64,000 bases of DNA from an uncultured Acidimicrobiia bacterium (lineage in GTDB: Bacteria; Acidobacteriota; Terriglobia; Versatilivoradales; Versatilivoraceae), in the NCBI GenBank assembly GCA_963786955.1, contig CAWBAT010000008.1:544001-608000 (forward strand), read 5' to 3'. The number at the start of each line of letters is the position of its first letter. The first letter of the stretch is position 1. Positions 1 to 11,269 of the stretch are shown in pieces. The notes under the pieces were generated by a model. That model had not been told where the DNA came from and did no database searches. It saw nothing but the letters and a program-made list of their open reading frames with translations. A program made the translations under genes and the position numbers.

Positions 1-17
1 CAGGCCATGAGAAACAG

Positions 18-2078
18 GTGGCTATGGTAGAGATGAGCATCGTTAACACAGACTTTTCTGAAAACCGGTCCGGAAATTTGTGGGCTTTTGTCCCTGGCGT
101 TTCCGCTGCCAAAGGGGTTCCTCCTTTTCCTTATAACACCTACGATCTGTTCGAAGTCGTGGGATCACTGCCAACGGTCACTGGTAATCCCCTCGTACCG
201 GAAGACGATATCCTTCGAGATGGCTCGGTTCTACTGGGAATTCACTCCGAGGACAGCGGAATCAGGACGACGGCCTTTGGCAGGGTGTTTAACTTTAAAG
301 TTGATCTACGGCCGGGGGAGAAAAAGAATATCCGTTTCGCTGTCTGCAGCAGCAAAGCGGGACTCTCGGCGGCGGAGATTCGGGAGCTTCGCAAGATCGA
401 TTTTCTCTCCGCCTTGGACCGGCATACTCTCGAGCTAGAGAACATCCTGAAACAGGGAACTCAAATTTCTGTTCCCGAGGATGTGGTCAATAGCATCTAT
501 AAGGCGCAAATCCTCTATAACCAAACACAAATGGTGCAAGCAGCCGACCGCGATTATTATTTGCCAGTTCAAGGGCTCCAGGGAGTGTGGCCTTGGGAAG
601 CCATGAAAACGCTCACCCATCTTGACGGGATAGGTCACCACGAGGACGTCAGAAAGTGTCTCAATTACTTTTTGGAAATCCAGGGCAGGTTCCTTCCCCA
701 AGGGGAATTTAAGACGAAAGATGGCGTCTTCGGCGGGACTATCGCGTTCGAAGAAAGTGGGTGGGAGGGTGACCCGCACTCAACCGTGTACGGGCAACTC
801 GCCATGCTCAATGCCGGGAAGGAAAAGGAATTCCCGAATTGGATGAACGGCACGGGAGCAATGCTTTACACCTTTGCCACGCATTACCACTATACGAAGG
901 ACCGTGCATGGTTAGAGCAATTTGCTCCGGCTCTCGTGCAAGCCTGTGACTGGATCATTAAAGAGCGTGAACAGACAAAGCAAAAGGATGTCCAAGGACA
1001 AAAAGTTGTTCATTTCGGATTGTTGCCGGTCGGCAGAGCCTACGACACTGCCGATGAGGCAATCCGACAACTGGTAGCTGAGGGCGCGTTGCTGAATGGT
1101 CAAATGAATGAGGGCCAGTTTCCGGGGCTCACGTACTATCCGTGTTGGACGGACAGTTACAGCAGTCAAGGACTAAGCCGAGTTGCTGAAGCCCTAGCGG
1201 AAATTGGCCATCCGGAGGGCATCCGCTTGATTAAAGAAGCAGAGGACTACCGGCGGGACATTTTGGAGGTTATGCGTCGAGCATATAACGAGGATCCAAA
1301 TCTTCCGCCGTATCCTGAGAGACTCGATCGACCTCCAGGTTGGGCTGAATTTGCGACAGGAGCTTTGGCCCTTGTGGACACAGGGTTCCTGCCCCCCCAG
1401 GAAGCAGCTTTTGACCAGTTGGAAAACTTCATGAAGAAGAATTGGAACCGCGGTGTGGTGGGTCTCACGGGAGGCCTCCAGAAAGACGGCGACCCCCACG
1501 GATCGAACGCTTACTACGTGAACTTCTCAGAGGATATCTGGCATCGCTCCTGGATTTTGCGCGGGGAGATTGAGAAGGCGTTGCTTGCTTTCTACTCGAT
1601 GCTTGCTTACGGCGTTGACAAAGAAACTTTCGGTTCGGTTGAGAGATTTCATCTCTTCGATCAGCGGTACGCGCCTTTCTTTATGGATACATCGGGCAGC
1701 TCCCGAATTTGTGGCTTAATCCGCCAAGCACTTTTGTTGGCAGAGGGGAAAGTAATCTACCTGCTGCCAGGGGCTCCGCGGCGGTGGCTTGAAGCGGAAA
1801 AAGAAATAGAAGTCAAAGATGGCGTGACGCCTCTCGCAAGACTGAGCCTGACTGTGAAGTCCCAGGCGGACAAAGGAAAGATTCTGATTGAACTTGTCTT
1901 ATCAGAGTTGCCTGCGCAAGGCGCGGAGAAAATTCTCCTCCGAGTGCCCCATCCGGAACGACAGCCAATGAAGAAAGTATTGTTGAACGGGAAGCCGTGG
2001 AATGGATTCAGTGCTCAAAACGAGGTCATCGAACTGAAGCCGATCTCTGGCCGACACGAAGTCATAGTAATATATTGA
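18..2078 (+). CDS. Putative glycoside hydrolase, (alpha/alpha)6-barrel type; probably 5'-truncated by the window edge
   Basis: 686-aa ORF in a frame open from the window start; WPWE, WLEQFAPALVQACDWI and C-terminal LLPGAPRRWL segments typical of six-hairpin glycosidase-like proteins. Confidence 0.6.
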   Translation: MAMVEMSIVNTDFSENRSGNLWAFVPGVSAAKGVPPFPYNTYDLFEVVGSLPTVTGNPLVPEDDILRDGSVLLGIHSEDSGIRTTAFGRVFNFKVDLRPGEKKNIRFAVCSSKAGLSAAEIRELRKIDFLSALDRHTLELENILKQGTQISVPEDVVNSIYKAQILYNQTQMVQAADRDYYLPVQGLQGVWPWEAMKTLTHLDGIGHHEDVRKCLNYFLEIQGRFLPQGEFKTKDGVFGGTIAFEESGWEGDPHSTVYGQLAMLNAGKEKEFPNWMNGTGAMLYTFATHYHYTKDRAWLEQFAPALVQACDWIIKEREQTKQKDVQGQKVVHFGLLPVGRAYDTADEAIRQLVAEGALLNGQMNEGQFPGLTYYPCWTDSYSSQGLSRVAEALAEIGHPEGIRLIKEAEDYRRDILEVMRRAYNEDPNLPPYPERLDRPPGWAEFATGALALVDTGFLPPQEAAFDQLENFMKKNWNRGVVGLTGGLQKDGDPHGSNAYYVNFSEDIWHRSWILRGEIEKALLAFYSMLAYGVDKETFGSVERFHLFDQRYAPFFMDTSGSSRICGLIRQALLLAEGKVIYLLPGAPRRWLEAEKEIEVKDGVTPLARLSLTVKSQADKGKILIELVLSELPAQGAEKILLRVPHPERQPMKKVLLNGKPWNGFSAQNEVIELKPISGRHEVIVIY

Positions 2079-2135
2079 TTTGGGACAATTCCTAAAGACG
2101 GTTAGAAGCCCCCCAGCATTGCAGGAGTTGAACTT

Positions 2136-3371
2136 TTGATGATCAAAGAAAATACCCAAGCGCTCGAATCTGAAGCCAACTCAGTCTGGACGGATTCAGT
2201 ATTCTGGTTTGTTATGGTTTTGGGTCTGGGCTATGGAGCAGTTTTCAATTTCCTGCCGGCTTCCTTTCCGATTTTCAAACGCGAGTTTGGCGCCACCTTG
2301 GAACAAATGGGGCAGAGCCAATTCCTCTATTTTGTGAGCAGCCTCGTGTTCAGCTTAATCGGCGGGGCCATGATTGGCCGCCTCGGGCTAAAACGCTCAG
2401 CGATGGTCGCGCTCTCGATTGCGGGTGCGGCCCTGATTTTGATTGGTGGGGCGAGCAAATTCAGCCTCGTGCTTTTCAGTGTGGTTTTTTTCGGGCTTGC
2501 CATAGCTGCTCTGGTTGTCATCGGGAGTTCGATCATCAGCGGTCATTTCGGGAAGAACCGGCAAAGCGTCTTTTTCCTGGCAGGCCTCAGCGATGCGGGC
2601 GGCTCGATGGTCGGCCCGGCTCTCCTGGGATGGTGGTTTGTACAAGCGGATCATTGGAATATGAGCTGGCGAACGGGCTACTACGCGGGTGCTGGAGCAA
2701 TGGGTCTGCTGCTACTCTGGGCCTTGTTCGTTCGATCCAATAGTTTGCCGCGGGAAAGCTTGGAGTCAGGGGTGGGAGAACCTGCTCTTTCGATCATGAG
2801 AGAAGTTCTGCGCAGCCCTATTATTTACGTGGCTTCACTGCTGGGGTTCTTTCATGGACTCGCGCAGGCCGGGATGCTCTCTTTTGTCGGCCAGTTGTAT
2901 CAGAGCAAGCTTCATATCGACGCTGCTCACGCCGCTTTTTTTCTCAGCGTGAATGCTGGCGGGGTACTGGGTGGGCGCCTATTGTTTGGTGGGATCACTT
3001 CACGATGGAAGGTCCCGGAGTTGATGGTGATAACCGTTTGCGCGGCCGGTGAGACAGGGGCTTTTTTGGGCACGATTCTCTCGCCGAGCTACATTTTAGG
3101 GATCCTATTGTTTGCTCTCTCCGGAGTTATGGTTTCGACGATCGGTCCATCACTTAGTTCCTATTTGGGCGGAAGGTTTATCGGTCGAACTGCAACGGCA
3201 TTCTCTCTCTTTGCAGGCTTGTCTAACGTCGGGGCCGCGGTGGGTTCCTATTTTGTCGGGGCCATCGGGAACCGCCTGGGGGTTGAAAGAGGAATTTTTT
3301 TAGCTCCCGGATTTAGTGCTGCACTTTGTATGCTCGCATTCGTCCGCTTTCTTAGGGAAAGAGGACATTAG
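2136..3371 (+). CDS. MFS transporter
   Basis: 411 aa, about 12 hydrophobic segments, GGAMIGRLGLKR motif-A-like loop. Confidence 0.9.
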   Translation: MMIKENTQALESEANSVWTDSVFWFVMVLGLGYGAVFNFLPASFPIFKREFGATLEQMGQSQFLYFVSSLVFSLIGGAMIGRLGLKRSAMVALSIAGAALILIGGASKFSLVLFSVVFFGLAIAALVVIGSSIISGHFGKNRQSVFFLAGLSDAGGSMVGPALLGWWFVQADHWNMSWRTGYYAGAGAMGLLLLWALFVRSNSLPRESLESGVGEPALSIMREVLRSPIIYVASLLGFFHGLAQAGMLSFVGQLYQSKLHIDAAHAAFFLSVNAGGVLGGRLLFGGITSRWKVPELMVITVCAAGETGAFLGTILSPSYILGILLFALSGVMVSTIGPSLSSYLGGRFIGRTATAFSLFAGLSNVGAAVGSYFVGAIGNRLGVERGIFLAPGFSAALCMLAFVRFLRERGH

Positions 3372-3565
3372 CATAGGCGAAGAGACGACCCCTTTACAAA
3401 ACGACTCGATAATAGGGTTTGCGCTGGCACTTGTTTGGCTTGAAATCAAACGGATAAGGAGGGGATTGCGGTGGCCGACGAGTATGCATTTCACAGCCTG
3501 CAGGTCTGGGCCTGGCACATGCGGGCGTGGGGCTTCTAGTCACAGATTCCCATCGCAGCTTAATC

Positions 3566-4498
3566 ATGACAACTCGACGCAGATTTCTTGAATCTGTCGC
3601 AATGGCAACACCACTTGCAGGATTACTCGGCCGAAAGGCGATGGCCGCCATAATGTCATTGCAAAACGCAATAACTGTCAGACCGTACAAATGGGAAGGG
3701 CCGTATTCGGACCACCGTGTCAGCCACAAGGCTTTTCACGATTGGCGTCTCTGTGCCGAGGTGAAGGGTAACTGGCCTGGGCAGTGTGAACGGATTATCA
3801 TTCGTACCAGTGAGGTTGTCGGATATGAAAAGGGATTTCTCTACGATGACCACTTCCCTCCTTCAGAACCAGATGGGCGAGGCAGGGACTACCACCACAT
3901 TCCCTTTCAGTGGAAAGTAGTCAAACCCGAACAGGAGCTTTTTGCGGACTGCGTCGTGCCGAACAAGGGAAGATTCTGGCTGAGATTGAGTGCCAGGGAA
4001 GATTGCGTCGAAATCGGATTAGGCGTTCGCAATGACATGCAACAGCCGATGGAGAATTTTGACTGGGCATTCTGCGCGGTGGCGTTCGAGTCCCCTTCGA
4101 TCGCAGATTCTGAGGATACTCGGACTTACCTGTTCAATGGAGATCGGTTGCAGACACTAGCGGAAATTAGAGGACGCGACATGACAATCCACAAGGTGGT
4201 GGGTGCGGGTGGGTATGTCCCACCCGGACATCGCCATATTCCGGTAGGGGCAGTAGAGGCAAAAGCGTCCTTAGTGATTGTAGAAGGTGTGGACGGAAAA
4301 CATTCGGCGGCTCTGGGATTCCAGCAGGCGAACTCCATTTACGGCGACACGAAGGGCAATAGGTGCTTCCACGCAGACCCTTATTTTGGCCCGCTTATCA
4401 AGACCGGAGAAGAGCGTTCGATGCAGGGCAAGCTCTACCTGATGAAGGGAAATGCTCAAAAGGTGCTGGAGCGTTATAGGCGAGACTTTCCGGGCTAA
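3566..4498 (+). CDS. Tat-exported hypothetical protein (possibly mutarotase-like beta fold)
   Basis: Start chosen at ATG 3566: MTTRRRFLESVAMATPLAGLLGRKAMA twin-arginine signal; fold assignment is weak. Confidence 0.65.
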   Translation: MTTRRRFLESVAMATPLAGLLGRKAMAAIMSLQNAITVRPYKWEGPYSDHRVSHKAFHDWRLCAEVKGNWPGQCERIIIRTSEVVGYEKGFLYDDHFPPSEPDGRGRDYHHIPFQWKVVKPEQELFADCVVPNKGRFWLRLSAREDCVEIGLGVRNDMQQPMENFDWAFCAVAFESPSIADSEDTRTYLFNGDRLQTLAEIRGRDMTIHKVVGAGGYVPPGHRHIPVGAVEAKASLVIVEGVDGKHSAALGFQQANSIYGDTKGNRCFHADPYFGPLIKTGEERSMQGKLYLMKGNAQKVLERYRRDFPG

Positions 4499-4807
4499 CG
4501 TCTGTTTCCTCGAAACAAGTTTTTGCTCAGATGAGTTGGAGATGCGGATGTGCTCTGACCATTGAGAAGCTTAAATGAAAAATGGCAAATGGGAATTGAG
4601 CAATGACAAATAGAATTGTTACAAATAAAATACGCCCGCAGGCTGCGGTATGAACGCTCCTCAAGTCTTCACTTCGGATTGGACATTATTTTGAGAAATA
4701 GAGTGACGCGGCAGGAGCCGACGGCATCGCCCTCGGGCTATTCTATGTCGTCCTTACAGGGCTCTCGATGGTTGTGATTGCTTAGTTCAAAAAGGAGGAA
4801 GGTTCCG

Positions 4808-5680
4808 ATGAAAACTCGCCGCAATTTTCTAATGTCAGCGTTGGCTCTTGCAACAAGCGCACGGGCCGACTTTTCGGCTTCCACGTCAACGGGAGATGCG
4901 AGCCCCTCTACGCTGCCACTGAAGAGAGATTATCGTGATCAGCCATTCCGAGTGGCCGTGGCGTTTGGAGCGAGCATCACCGCAGGTGGAGAGGCTACCA
5001 CCCCCGAATTGGGCTGGGTGAGTCTTCTCACAAGCTTGATTAACGAGTCGCAAATCGAGCCCATTAAGATGTACAACAATGGGATCGGTGCAAACGTAAT
5101 TTCACCCCGGAGCGCCCACTACAGCGAGTCAAACAAGCCCAGCGCAATGGAGCGGTATCAGGATCATGTCATTGCCTATCATCCTGACCTTGTCCTCATG
5201 GCTGGCGACTTCGGAACGAACAGCGCACGAGGAGGGACTCCGCTGGCTCAATTCCTTGAGGATGAGCGGCAAATGATTCTGGACATTAAAAAACAGACAG
5301 GAGCCTTGGTCGTCGTATCTAATTTAACCTTCTTGACTGCTTTTGAGCGATACGCCCCTTTCAACCAGGCGGATCTTTCGGCTCTGATCGGATTCAATTC
5401 CGGCCTCAAACAGATGGCTTTAGAGTGCGATTCGCTTTATGCCGACGTATTTGCAGCTCAAGATATGGCGAGCTGGACCGTAGATCCCAAGGATGGAGTG
5501 CATCTCAATAACCTTGGACACCGCCTTGTGGCTAACAGAATCTTCGAGGTTCTGGGGCAGAACTGCAGCTGTCTCTCCCAGAAGGCAATGATGCTAAGGA
5601 AAGCCATGGAGAAGGAATGGCGCCCAACCCGCGAGCGTCAGTTACGTGACGAGTTTCTTGAGAAGAAGAAGGATCGGTAA
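4808..5680 (+). CDS. Tat-exported SGNH/GDSL hydrolase
   Basis: AGGAGG RBS; MKTRRNFLMSALALA Tat signal; blocks AFGASITAG, NNGIGAN, FGTN, DGVHLN. Confidence 0.85.
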   Translation: MKTRRNFLMSALALATSARADFSASTSTGDASPSTLPLKRDYRDQPFRVAVAFGASITAGGEATTPELGWVSLLTSLINESQIEPIKMYNNGIGANVISPRSAHYSESNKPSAMERYQDHVIAYHPDLVLMAGDFGTNSARGGTPLAQFLEDERQMILDIKKQTGALVVVSNLTFLTAFERYAPFNQADLSALIGFNSGLKQMALECDSLYADVFAAQDMASWTVDPKDGVHLNNLGHRLVANRIFEVLGQNCSCLSQKAMMLRKAMEKEWRPTRERQLRDEFLEKKKDR

Positions 5681-5873
5681 GGAGGAACTATTCATGAAGC
5701 GCTCCCATGGAATTGACTTCTAGGGGCGCCTATCCTAAATATATGTCGCTGTATTGATGTAAAGCAGTACTAAGAGCCTGTGATTCGACCTTCTGATGTT
5801 CCCAGAAATCGAGCCGAGTTCTTGGTCCGCATCTTCTCCACTGCTCAAACGCGAAACCTCGCACCCAGAGACT

Positions 5874-7097
5874 TTAGGGACTTTGAAGGTAAATCCTTTC
5901 AATCGATTTTTCGGCTGCCATCCGTGCGGCGCCCAAGGCTCCGGATTCCCCCCCTAACTCGGACACCATCAGTTGGACTTCGTTGGCTGCCTTCTCCAAA
6001 GCACGTTGTTTGATCACGCGTTGGATCGGTTCCAGCACAAAGTGCGGGTTTGTCTGGAAAAGTGGACCTCCGAAGACGACGACTGCCGGGTTCAGGAGAT
6101 TGACAACGTCGGCCAGTGCCACACCAATATGCATCGCAGAATCATTGAGGACTCGAAAGGCCAACGAATCATTCTCCATTGCGGCCTGGATGATCATTTC
6201 GATGTTGATGCGATCCAGATCGTCCTCGACCATCTCTTGCACTCTTGAATGAACTCCCTTCCGGATGGCATCAGTCATCGACTGCATGATTGCACTGCAC
6301 GAAGCCAGGGCTGATAGACAACCGTAATTTCCGCAGCAGCAGAGCGGACCATCCTCATCAACGGTCATATGGCCAAATTCTCCAGCACTTCCTCCGGCCC
6401 CTCGATAAGGTTTGCCATTTACGAAAATACATGCCCCGATGCCCATCCCGATTCCGATATACACGAAGTCCGAAAAGTTGCTGGCCACGCCTAGCTGTTT
6501 TTCCGCTAGTGCCGCCATTCGCACGCTGTCCTCAACAAAGCATGGAACTTTAAATTTCTCTTCTAGCATTTCGCGCAGAGGAACGTTTCTCCACTCTGCC
6601 ATCTGACCGGGCCGCGGAAAGGAAAGAACAATTCCCCGGTCGCTGTCAGTTACACCGGAATGTGCCACCCCAATTGCTGTAATCGCTCCTTTTGGCAGGC
6701 CACACGCTTCCACTGCCTTGGAAATACTCTCGAAGCATCTCTCCATGACGTGTGCCATCCCTTTATTGAGCATCGTTAGTGTTTCCAGCTTATGACAGAC
6801 ATTACCAGCTAGGTCGATGACGATGACCCGCAAGTGGTACGTCCCAATCTCAACCCCGACCGTGTAAGCCGCTTCGGCTTTCAGCTTCAGAGTAATGCGT
6901 CGTCGGCCGAGCTTGGTGGGCTCAAGGCCTGACTCCACAGCAAGACTGCGCGTAATGAGCCGGCGTACGATGGCTGAGATGAGACCGGCACTGAGCCCCG
7001 TCAACTTAACTAGCTCAGCCCGAGATAAGGTGACACGGGCGTGGATTAGGCGAAGAACCTCAACCTCTTTCTCAGAATTCTTAAAATTGGTTCTCAT
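5874..7097 (-). CDS. ROK family transcriptional regulator
   Basis: N-terminal HTH (LSRAELVKLTGLS), GEFGHM and CCCGNYGCL ROK zinc motif. Confidence 0.93.
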   Translation of the reverse strand: MRTNFKNSEKEVEVLRLIHARVTLSRAELVKLTGLSAGLISAIVRRLITRSLAVESGLEPTKLGRRRITLKLKAEAAYTVGVEIGTYHLRVIVIDLAGNVCHKLETLTMLNKGMAHVMERCFESISKAVEACGLPKGAITAIGVAHSGVTDSDRGIVLSFPRPGQMAEWRNVPLREMLEEKFKVPCFVEDSVRMAALAEKQLGVASNFSDFVYIGIGMGIGACIFVNGKPYRGAGGSAGEFGHMTVDEDGPLCCCGNYGCLSALASCSAIMQSMTDAIRKGVHSRVQEMVEDDLDRINIEMIIQAAMENDSLAFRVLNDSAMHIGVALADVVNLLNPAVVVFGGPLFQTNPHFVLEPIQRVIKQRALEKAANEVQLMVSELGGESGALGAARMAAEKSIERIYLQSP

Positions 7098-7422
7098 TTT
7101 TTGCTGGAACTATTCAATACTCATCAACCGATGATTTCAATTATCGGATCCAACAAAATGATAGGAGGGCAGTTTATTAATTAAGGCATTATTTAACAGG
7201 CAAAATAAATCCTTAAGTCCCTATCCTAACAGCGCTTCTCAGCTGGCAGGAATCCCCGGCTGGATCGGCCAACTTCAAGCCCCCAATTGAGCCCTAATTA
7301 ACTGAATCCAAAGGGACTGGGTTAATGAAAATACTTCCCTCGTCGTTGGGACTATATCTCATCCGGGGATAGGGATGGTAGGACTCTTTAACGGAGCCAA
7401 GTCTTTCTGAATGATATCGAAA

Positions 7423-8991
7423 TTATTGGCCATTAATTGTCAATGAATAAAGCTCCACGTTATCCATGTAGAAACGGAATTTTCGGTAGCGTTCGAATTC
7501 CGGATTCGGGTAATAAGCCTTGTGCGTACTGACCGGCGGCAACTCCGTCTTTCCTTTCCAGGAAAACACATGCCGGACCGCGTCGCCCTTGAAGACGTCG
7601 CACTCTTGACGCGAGTAGCCGGGAAAAACCTCATCGCGCAGGTTGACCACTTCGGCGGCCATCGATCCGCCCTCGCGGCACCGCGCATTGACCACCAGCT
7701 GCATGCCTTCCGAGATCAGGGGCCGCGTGATCAGGATGCCGCGTCTGGGCGCTCTCGCATCAAGCGAGACAAAGCCGTCGAGACGCAGCTTGGCCAACCC
7801 CAATGCGTAGTTTACGTTCTTTCCATCCAACACTTCTGGAACCTGCAGCTTTTCGCGATCACCGGTAATCCACCAGTCATGGTGGTTGCTCGCCCCGCCG
7901 AAATAAATGTACAGCTCGTCACCCACCTCGATGGGACCGTGGGAAAGCGTGACCATATACGAATCCCATTTGCCTTCGCCCCGCGGGGTCAGGAACGGTT
8001 GGCGCTTGTTCAAGTGATGCCAGTTCTTGCCATCACGGCTGTACACGAGCCTCACGACCATCTCGTTGGATACGTAATCCAGAATCGGAAGGAACCCCAT
8101 CATCACACTGCCGAGCGGAAACTGGCAGAAGCCGTAGAACGTCTCGTCGAGGTTATCCTCGCCGTCTTCGGGAGTGAGAATGGAGTAGGGCTCTGACCAA
8201 TGCATCAAATCCGCACTCTCGCTCTGCCACACCCGCCGCTTGTTAGCCCTGACCCAGTCCAAGGGATAGTACGGCGGACAGATGCACCACTCTTCTACAA
8301 CGGGATTATTGAGATTTACCGGAATCGCCTGGATGTCGTAATGACGCATGTTTAACACGTAGAGCCTGCCTGCCGGGTCGTAGTGAAGCCCATTCGAGTC
8401 GCCCATGCGAGCTCCCGAGCGGCCAAAAACCGGCAGTTCAGGCAGGCTGGTCCAATGGATCAAATCGCCAGAAACTGCAGCCACGGCATGGTCCGGGTCG
8501 GGTCCCTTGCGGGGCCGGTAACTCAGGTAGATGGCTTTGAAGCGTTGCGACTCGTCTCGCTCGTGGGGATTCAGCACGTAGGAGATTCCCAGCGCGTTTG
8601 GGATCACGACGTTTGTCGGCTCTCCATTCACCTTGTGGAGTTCGAAAAGTGGCTTGCGCCAGTGAATTCCGTCCTCCGATTCAGCATACAAAAGGTGATG
8701 GGCATTCGTGCCAAGCGGGGAGTCGCCGGCCCGAGGGGAGTGTTCCCAGGTCTGGTAGACACACTTAAACAACCCATCCTTCGGATCTCGAATCACACGA
8801 GAGCCGTTGAAGGTAAAATAGGCGATATGCTCCCAAGGTTTGTCCTTGATGATGACTGGGGAGTCACCTGCTCGTACAGGCTGATGCCAGCTACGGCAAA
8901 CGTTCTCGACCGATTCGATGATGAGGTCGTCGACAAAGACTTGCTTGTCCCGGCCAATGTCCAGCATTGTAGCGTCATATTTATTAGGCAT
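7423..8991 (-). CDS. Five-bladed beta-propeller glycosidase-like protein (GH32/43-like)
   Basis: Repeated Asp-box-like YAESEDGIHWRKP, SGDLIHWT, SADLMHWSEP, SRDGKNWH; LRLDGFVSL C-terminal motif; start may be 8991 or 9030. Confidence 0.7.
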   Translation of the reverse strand: MPNKYDATMLDIGRDKQVFVDDLIIESVENVCRSWHQPVRAGDSPVIIKDKPWEHIAYFTFNGSRVIRDPKDGLFKCVYQTWEHSPRAGDSPLGTNAHHLLYAESEDGIHWRKPLFELHKVNGEPTNVVIPNALGISYVLNPHERDESQRFKAIYLSYRPRKGPDPDHAVAAVSGDLIHWTSLPELPVFGRSGARMGDSNGLHYDPAGRLYVLNMRHYDIQAIPVNLNNPVVEEWCICPPYYPLDWVRANKRRVWQSESADLMHWSEPYSILTPEDGEDNLDETFYGFCQFPLGSVMMGFLPILDYVSNEMVVRLVYSRDGKNWHHLNKRQPFLTPRGEGKWDSYMVTLSHGPIEVGDELYIYFGGASNHHDWWITGDREKLQVPEVLDGKNVNYALGLAKLRLDGFVSLDARAPRRGILITRPLISEGMQLVVNARCREGGSMAAEVVNLRDEVFPGYSRQECDVFKGDAVRHVFSWKGKTELPPVSTHKAYYPNPEFERYRKFRFYMDNVELYSLTINGQ

Positions 8992-9089
8992 ATGAACCCC
9001 ACCTTTCATTTTTCTATTTGTTCCATTCAATAGAGAAGGCTTGCGCTCCGAATGAAAATCGCGCCGCCTGAAATGGCTGTTGAAGCCAG

Positions 9090-9854
9090 TTAGATTGCCG
9101 TCATTCCTCCATCGATGATTAATGGCGCCCCTGTCATATACTTCGATTCATCCGACGCAAGGTAAAGGGCTGCGTAGGCGATATCTTCCTCCGAGCCCAA
9201 CCCGAGCGGATGAGCATCCTTGACCGATTGCTCCACTTCAGCCCTGTTGTGCACCGCAGCCAGGAATTCGTCGTAAAGCGGCGTGGGGATCGTGCCGGGA
9301 CAGATGCAGTTCACCCGGATTTTATCGGGCGCGTGGCCGGTGGCCATGGAGCGCGTGAGATTGATGACGGCGCCCTTCGAGGCGCAATAGGCTGGGCTCA
9401 TCGGGTAACCGATCAGACCCGACTCAGAGGCCATGTTGATAATTACGCCGCCCCCCTGTGCCCGCATGACCGGGATAACGTATTTTGAACAGAGGAAAAT
9501 ACTCTTAACGTTCACGTCGAAGATCGTGTCCCAGTCCGCTTCAGAAAAATCTTCCAGCTTACCTCGAATGGCAGTCCCGGCGTTGTTGAAAAGGACATCG
9601 ATTCGCCCAAACGTTGAGCAGGTCACCTTGGTCAGATTTTCGGTGTCAGATGAGCAGGTTACATTGCAGTGCACATACTTGGCCTTGCCTCCCTCATCTC
9701 GGATCTCCCTCGCTGTTTTTTCTCCAAGGTCGTCTTTTACATCTGCCAGAACCACGGAGGCGCCTTCACGCGCAAAGATTCTAGCCGTCGCAGCACCGAT
9801 GCCACGGGCCGCGCCGGTGATGATGCAAATCTTTTCCCTCAACCGATTTCCCAT
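9090..9854 (-). CDS. SDR family oxidoreductase
   Basis: TGAARGIG, NNAG and YCASK catalytic motifs. Confidence 0.95.
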   Translation of the reverse strand: MGNRLREKICIITGAARGIGAATARIFAREGASVVLADVKDDLGEKTAREIRDEGGKAKYVHCNVTCSSDTENLTKVTCSTFGRIDVLFNNAGTAIRGKLEDFSEADWDTIFDVNVKSIFLCSKYVIPVMRAQGGGVIINMASESGLIGYPMSPAYCASKGAVINLTRSMATGHAPDKIRVNCICPGTIPTPLYDEFLAAVHNRAEVEQSVKDAHPLGLGSEEDIAYAALYLASDESKYMTGAPLIIDGGMTAI

Positions 9855-10141
9855 GGGATAGTCCTCCTTAATAGGCCCGAATCTGCAAATTAACAGCTGG
9901 CCGAGTCAGATGTCTTGGAAGCCCCAACGTTCTCTTTGCCTATTCTTTCGGGACAACAAGCGTAATCGCTTACGCTCTGCCTTCGCTGCAGCTTGTCAAA
10001 GTGGACGCGCTTTCCGGAAATGTTTGAAAACCCTACTTGTCCGGATGCCACAGAGGGTATTCGTCAATCTCGCACTTCATGGCGGCAACAATTAACGGGG
10101 TTTCGTTCAAACGAATAGTAGACGCTCATCTTTCACAGGCC

Positions 10142-11269
10142 TCAGCGGACACCGCTCTCAGCTACGATAAATTCACGTACGCAATCTTCATTGAGTGTCA
10201 CGCCCAGCCCCGGTCGGTCGGGTACGGTGATTAAACCATCCGACTCCGCCTGAAAGCGCTCCAGAGAGAGTTCGTGCCGCAGCGGGGAATCCTCTACGCA
10301 ATCCTCGAAGAGAAACGCCGATGGCGCTGTGGAGAGCCAGTGAACGCAGGCTGCCACACTCACCGGCGTCTTGTAGCAATGATTGACTACCCGCCCACCC
10401 GCATCCTCTACCTGCCGGCGGATCACTTGGCCGTCTGTAAAACCGTTTCTTCCGAGGTCGACCTGGTAGATGTCCAGGGCATGCCGTCTGATCCATGGCT
10501 CGAAGGCCCAACGCCCGCACTCACCTTCGCCAGCGGCGATGGGCACCGGCGAACGGTCACGCAGCCATACATAGCCGTCAAGATCATCTTGAGAGAGAGG
10601 CTCCTCCAGCCAGCCGATGTCGAAGTCGGCAAACTGGTGGGCGCGTCGCAGCGCTGTGCGTGCATCCCAAACACAGCCGGCATCGATAAGTACCGCGTGT
10701 TTACCGCAGCCGGTACGCGCGCCGCGCACCAAGTCCAAATCCACAGACTCTGAAGTCCCCATGGGCTCCCAGCCGAATTTGACAGCCGTGTAGCCAGCTT
10801 CGATCCAGCGCCGCCCGATCTCAGCGGTTTCCGCTCCGTCCCGGCCGAAAAGGATGGATGCATAGGCACGGATGCGGTCATGGCGTTTGCCACCAAGTAG
10901 TTGATAAACGGGGGCTCCAAAATGCTTGCCCTTCAGGTCCCAGAGGGCCATGTCGAGGCCGGCCATGGCGGTGATGGCGACGCCGCGGCGTCCGAAATAG
11001 ATGGAACCACGGTACATCTTGTCCCAGAGCCTTTCGGTATCTAGGGGGTCTTCACCAATCAACAGCTTGCGCAGGCCGCACGCGACATTATGGCTAAAGG
11101 GTGCATCGATAACCGCCTTAGCCACTTCTGGGCTGGAGTCGACTTCGCCGATACCCTCAAGCCCGGAGTCTGTTTGAATGCGGACGAGCAGTGTGTCTTG
11201 GGTACCCGCGGTTTTCGCATTTACATGAGGCAGTCGCAATATCTGGGCAATCACGTGTTCAATCTTCAT
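10142..11269 (-). CDS. Mandelate racemase/muconate lactonizing enzyme family protein (probable sugar-acid dehydratase)
   Basis: DMALWDLKGK, D..WLEEP..GE metal ligands, PDRPGLGV. Confidence 0.92.
   Translation of the reverse strand: MKIEHVIAQILRLPHVNAKTAGTQDTLLVRIQTDSGLEGIGEVDSSPEVAKAVIDAPFSHNVACGLRKLLIGEDPLDTERLWDKMYRGSIYFGRRGVAITAMAGLDMALWDLKGKHFGAPVYQLLGGKRHDRIRAYASILFGRDGAETAEIGRRWIEAGYTAVKFGWEPMGTSESVDLDLVRGARTGCGKHAVLIDAGCVWDARTALRRAHQFADFDIGWLEEPLSQDDLDGYVWLRDRSPVPIAAGEGECGRWAFEPWIRRHALDIYQVDLGRNGFTDGQVIRRQVEDAGGRVVNHCYKTPVSVAACVHWLSTAPSAFLFEDCVEDSPLRHELSLERFQAESDGLITVPDRPGLGVTLNEDCVREFIVAESGVR

Noticed and set aside
4715-4765. Structured ncRNA or riboswitch upstream of the SGNH gene
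   Set aside because: It resembles, in inverted orientation, the GCCCTGAAAGGGC..AATAGCCC repeat at 41956-41990, so it is a degenerate REP-like element
7160-7215. AT-rich putative ROK operator
   Set aside because: Only a short TTAATTAA palindrome, with no convincing second copy found
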